Shown: positions 61,616-64,000 of the stretch, one piece after another | How the letters are laid out: every line of letters begins with the position of its first letter | Position numbering within the stretch: position 1 is the first letter of the stretch | NCBI GenBank assembly: GCA_051294905.1 | Contig: CM119371.1 | Coordinates: 4,032,001 to 4,096,000, forward strand | DNA: 64,000 nt | Origin: Botryllus schlosseri | Lineage: Eukaryota | Direction: 5' to 3' | The notes under the pieces: model-generated | The model's database searches: none | What the model saw: only the letters and a program-made list of their open reading frames with translations | What the model was told of the DNA's origin: nothing | Made by a program: the position numbers and the translations under genes

Positions 61616-63742
61616 CAGGGCCGTAACAGCACTTCGTCAATCCCCCCCAAAAAACTCTGGTCTTGGCCCCCCATAGGGTTATAGGCCGAACTTCTGCCCC
61701 CCCCCCCCAGACCCCCCTCCCGCGATACCCTGTTTACCGCTATTTATCGTGTTGTTGGGAGTTTGTTTAGTGAATGGCCTTTTGACGCCTAAGCGCGCGA
61801 AGCGCGGAAAATTTCCAGAATTCATGAATGAATCGGTCAGTATGATCGGGAATTGCATATATATTGTAATCAATTTTTATCTTCTCTCTGCTCACGTAAT
61901 CAGATTTGCCGGTAGAGCTGAGTGAGGTGTGTTTGAAAGGTAGGACGACTCAATAACAATTAAACATCTTCGGGCGTATATCCATTGGCAGGAACGAAAC
62001 AGTACCTCGTCAGGCCACCAAAAACGTGGGTCTTGGGCTCCCATAGGGTGTAAAACGACCCCCCCCCCCCATCACGTTGTTCGCGTTTGTCACGAAATCA
62101 TCTGTGCTTTATTGTGAGGCAGCGCGAAGCGCGAAAATTTTCGATAATTTATGATAAAATCGGTCAATCAGATCGGCGATTGCATATATATTATGCTATC
62201 AATTTATTGTCCTCGCTACTCACGTAATTAGATTCACCGGTAGAGCCGAGTGAAGTGTCTTGAAAACGGGAGGGCCCGTAAATAATAATTAAACATCTTC
62301 GGCGGGCGGACCCGTTGATATGACTTCGTTACATGCTATTTCGTGACTTCCAGTCTGATATAACAAAAAATATAGAATCGCCCAAACGTGAGCTTCTAAA
62401 CCAGTGGTTCCCAAACTTTTTCGATGTGAGGGCCAAATTTAGAATTTCAGAGTACGGTCGGGGCCGCACGAATACTACGGCTATGAAACGGACCCAAACA
62501 GTCATGATGGCTATTTCGGAGTAGTTTTATTGCCCTGGCGATATCTCAAAACTGTACACTATTTACCACTACTTATCTGCTGTATTGGGTGTCCGTTGAG
62601 TGAATCAGCTTTTCTCGCTTAAACGCGCGAAGCGCGAGAAATTTCTTTAGTTTCATGACTGAATCGGTCAATATGATCGGGAATTGCATGTATTGCTATC
62701 AATTTTCATCCTGTCTCTGTTCACGTAATCTGATTTACCGGTAGAGCTGAGTGCGGTGTGTTTGAAAAGGTATTGGCCACCTCAATAGTAATTAAACATC
62801 TCTGGGGTATAGGCCGTTGGCAGGAACGTAACAGCACTTCGTCAGGACCCCGGGCTCCCATAGGGTGATAAACTGACCCCGCATCACGTTGTTCGCTTTT
62901 GCCACGAAATTAAGTTGTACTGTTTAGTGAGACAGCGCGACGCGCGAATATTTCGATAATTCATGATAAAATCGGTGAATAAGATCAGGAATTGCATGGT
63001 CGTCTTCTTTGCCCACGTAATCAGATTTACCGGTAGAGCTGAGTGAGAGATGTATTTGAAACTGCAGGCAGACCCCGTAAAATTCTATCTTCGGGCGGGC
63101 TGACCCCTAGGTATGACTTCTTTACATGATGTTATTTCGTGACCTCCTGTTTGCTATATCAAAAATGTAGAATTGCCCAAACCTACTAAACTGAAAGATC
63201 ACACGATTTCAGATTGGTATTTCTTCGCTGGCATATAATTTTCTTTCCTGCGAGATGGTATTTGTCTTGTGAGGTTCGGATTGCCAAGACAAGAACATTC
63301 GGCGCCAGTCATTTAGGCGCCTATATGGACAATTAGACCTATATGTATTTTGTATACATAACGAAGTTTTTGGTCAGCATAAAAGCACTCCTCTACGGCC
63401 ATGGCTTTCTCGCTGCCGATCGTTCTGACACACTTCTTGGAGTCACATGTTACATGGCCTAAAACTTTATATGTCTTGGAACGTTGTGGTGCGGTCATGG
63501 CCAACGCTGATATGCCCATTTCTATAAATTTTGCGTTTTTTTCTTGGGGAAGAGTAGCCTACCCAATAATCAAGTTATGCGGCGAATTGAAATCGCGCAT
63601 AGCGCGAAAAATGTTCAAAAAATTCGCATAAATTTTCAAAAATTACTCTATAATTTATGCTAATTCACGAAATAATTTTAAGCCCGCTTCGAGCTCGGCC
63701 CCCCTCAATTGGGGGGTTTGGGGTGCGGCAGTTACGGCCGTG
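61616..63742. mobile_element. hAT-like element with CAGGGCCGTAAC termini and four degenerate internal repeat units; another terminus begins at 63971
   Basis: Ends CAGGGCCGTAAC / GTTACGGCCGTG; units starting GCGCGAAGCGCG..CACGTAATCAGATTTACCGGTAGAGCTGAGTG at ~61795, 62122, 62626 and 62935; TSD not convincing. Confidence 0.6.
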
Positions 63743-64000
63743 ACTATAGGACTACCAATTATGCTGCTTTTATCCGGCTAAGCAGTATGCATCTCGGCGT
63801 ATTCAACCGTGAGTCACGTGTTCCACATCTAGTTATCATAGGATTACCATACGTCCTCTTTTAAGATGATTTGTCCTCTTTTTTGATTTTTTTTAAAGTG
63901 TCCTCGGAGGACACCCAAATGTCTTCTTTTTTGAGATTATGTCTTTTTTATTGAGGATTTTGGTTACATACAGGGCCGTAACTGCCGCACCCCAAACCCT

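Overview
AT-rich, intron-containing eukaryotic DNA, most likely an invertebrate animal (inference from GT-AG exons, C2H2 arrays and hAT/Mutator/CR1-L2/Penelope content). The species cannot be determined from the sequence. The window is a repeat-dense, heavily rearranged duplicon region. (1) 1-7497: right part of a Mutator (MULE, Phantom-like) transposon with minisatellite terminal arms. It carries an 8-exon FLYWCH+MULE transposase gene with two lesions and a nested same-family MITE (9-bp TSD). (2) About 21 decayed exons of a Polo-like kinase (PLK1/polo-like) gene lie between 7.9 and 45.3 kb, all on the minus strand, duplicated and out of order. One near-collinear pseudogene copy spans 31.3-38.3 kb. 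(3) Two convergent tandem C2H2 zinc-finger arrays with non-canonical linkers sit at 27.4-28.6 kb (+) and 54.5-56.0 kb (-). (4) Many hAT-type elements have readable 8-bp TSDs, including a foldback derivative with two 3' ends (11067-13513) and composite elements carrying shared cargo. (5) Inverted duplications are present at several scales. No prokaryotic features, CRISPR array or rRNA were seen. All family assignments come from motif recognition by eye, not database searches. No clearly intact novel gene system is proven. The best leads are the PLK-exon/zinc-finger duplicon, the two-3'-end hAT hairpin element, the minisatellite-armed MULE family and a ~150-bp repeat hit by three separate transposons.
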